DNA from: Octopus bimaculoides
Taxonomy: Eukaryota
Length of the DNA stretch: 64,000 bases
Reading direction: 5' to 3'
NCBI RefSeq assembly: GCF_001194135.2
Contig: NC_068986.1
Span: 76,580,750-76,644,749, forward strand
Shown: positions 62,815-64,000 of the stretch, piece after piece
Layout: every line of letters begins with the position of its first letter
Numbering within the stretch: position 1 is the first letter of the stretch
Position numbers and translations under genes: made by a program
The notes under the pieces: generated by a model
What the model saw: only the letters and a program-made list of their open reading frames with translations
What the model was told of the DNA's origin: nothing
Database searches by the model: none

Positions 62815-63208
62815 GTGGAGGCGCAATGGCACAGTGGTTAGGGCAGCGGACTCGCGGTATTAGGATCGCGGTTTCGATTCCCAGACCGGGCGTTGTGAGT
62901 GTTTATTGAGCGAAAACACCTAAAGCTCCACGAAGCTCTGGCAGGGGATGGTGGCGAACCCTGCTGTACTCTTTCACCACAACTTTCTCCCACTCTTTCT
63001 CTCTCTCCTGTTTCTGTTGTGCCTGTAATTCAAAGGGTCAGCCTAGTCACACTGTGTCACGTTGAATATCCCCGAGAACTATGTTAAGGGTACATGTGTC
63101 TGTGGAGTGCTCAGCCACTTGCACGTTAATTTCACGAACAGGCTGTTCCGTTGATCGAATCAACTGGAACCCTCAACGTCGTAAACGACGGAGTGCCAAC
63201 ACATACAC
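62815..63208 (+). mobile_element. Young SINE family D (tRNA-like head), full length
   Basis: A box tggcacagtgg, B box ggtttcgattcc, CpG-rich; ends acgacggagtgccaac(ac)n; 13-bp TSD atataatcttgtt (62802-62814, 63209-63221). A 3'-end fragment lies on the - strand at ~42370-42392. Confidence 0.9.
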
Positions 63209-64000
63209 ATATAATCTTGTTAGCATATGAGTGTGTTCTCAAAATTAGTGTCTATCTCTGTCTCCAGATTTGTATATGCACTGTGTCTGTGTGCCTGTCT
63301 CTTTGCCATGACAAAGCAATTTGGATGTCTGTCATATTTATTTAGTATAGTCATATAAATAATAACACCTTGCAATTTGATGATTATACCAAACAGTTAA
63401 CAGCTATCTTTTTATTGGTAAATATGTCCAATATATTGGATGATTGTAATTGCATATCTTACATATAATTTTCCTTGGATATGTTCATACAGAGGTGTGA
63501 TCTTGGGGTACTGACAGATGTCCTAGTAGTGAAAGTAACCTGTTGTTTTGCTGTGTAGGTAACCTACTCTTGTGCTTGTATATGAGTACTTGATCAATTG
63601 TCCCAACAAGTTTTTTTCATTTTACTTACTGTACCTGCATGAAGGAACAGTAGCCATGATCTTATCTTTACAGGCCCTCCAAATCATTTAAGCTGTTACA
63701 AGCCAACACCTACGGGGAAAGTCATGTTTGTACAAACAGTATTTTTGAAGTGTGAGTTGTCATAGTTTAGAACCCTGGTTAATCCTGATTGAGCAAAACC
63801 TATAACCAAAACCTGTGACCATCCCATTTTTTTATTGTCCAGTATCTCTTTTTTTTTATAATAAGGTATTAAATGTTTTTTAGAAAGACCTGGTTGCTAT
63901 TTTTATTAGATCAGGTGACAGTGTGCTTTTGAAACTGAGCAGTACCACTCCTTTGGGGCAGTAGGAAATTCTATCAGGGTGCTGGGGACAAAGGGAGCAG

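Noticed and set aside
62815-62895. Possible tRNA gene
   Set aside because: A and B boxes are present, but there is no clean acceptor stem, and it continues into a ~390-bp body with a TSD, so it is a SINE head.
63674-63751. Candidate 78-nt phase-1/phase-1 exon (ttatctttacAG ... GTGAGT) that would read in frame with the BCR-like exon
   Set aside because: The peptide (GPPNHLSCYKPTPTGKVMFVQTVFLK) has no recognisable BCR similarity, the donor has a weak -1 T, and such combinations arise by chance in 56 kb; RNA-seq would be needed.

Overview
This is AT-rich, microsatellite-dense eukaryotic DNA with about 12 assembly gaps. It is very probably from an octopus; that is inferred from recalled SINE families and repeat density, not from a database search. 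One host gene is visible. A 3' splice acceptor at 5412/5413 opens a ~2 kb exon holding the ATG (5488) and 648 codons of a BCR/ABR-like RhoGEF/GAP, recognised from its N-terminal Bcr oligomerisation-like motif. The exon ends at a consensus donor (7432/7433). I could not identify a further exon, so the remaining ~56 kb looks like one large intron. The non-coding DNA is packed with mobile elements: at least four tRNA-derived SINE families (two head-to-tail arrays), RTE-clade LINE remnants, R4/Dong-like 3' fragments in (TAA)n, a decayed Ty3/Gypsy element, and piggyBac-, hAT- and mariner-type MITEs. It also has two minisatellites and a ~265-bp hairpin. There are no prokaryotic features, CRISPR arrays, rRNA or true tRNA genes. 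I found no clear new biological system. The best leads are the (ATT/TAA)n-centred retroelement clustering, the long hairpin, a PHD finger inside a LINE reverse transcriptase, and the BCR exon's regulatory architecture.
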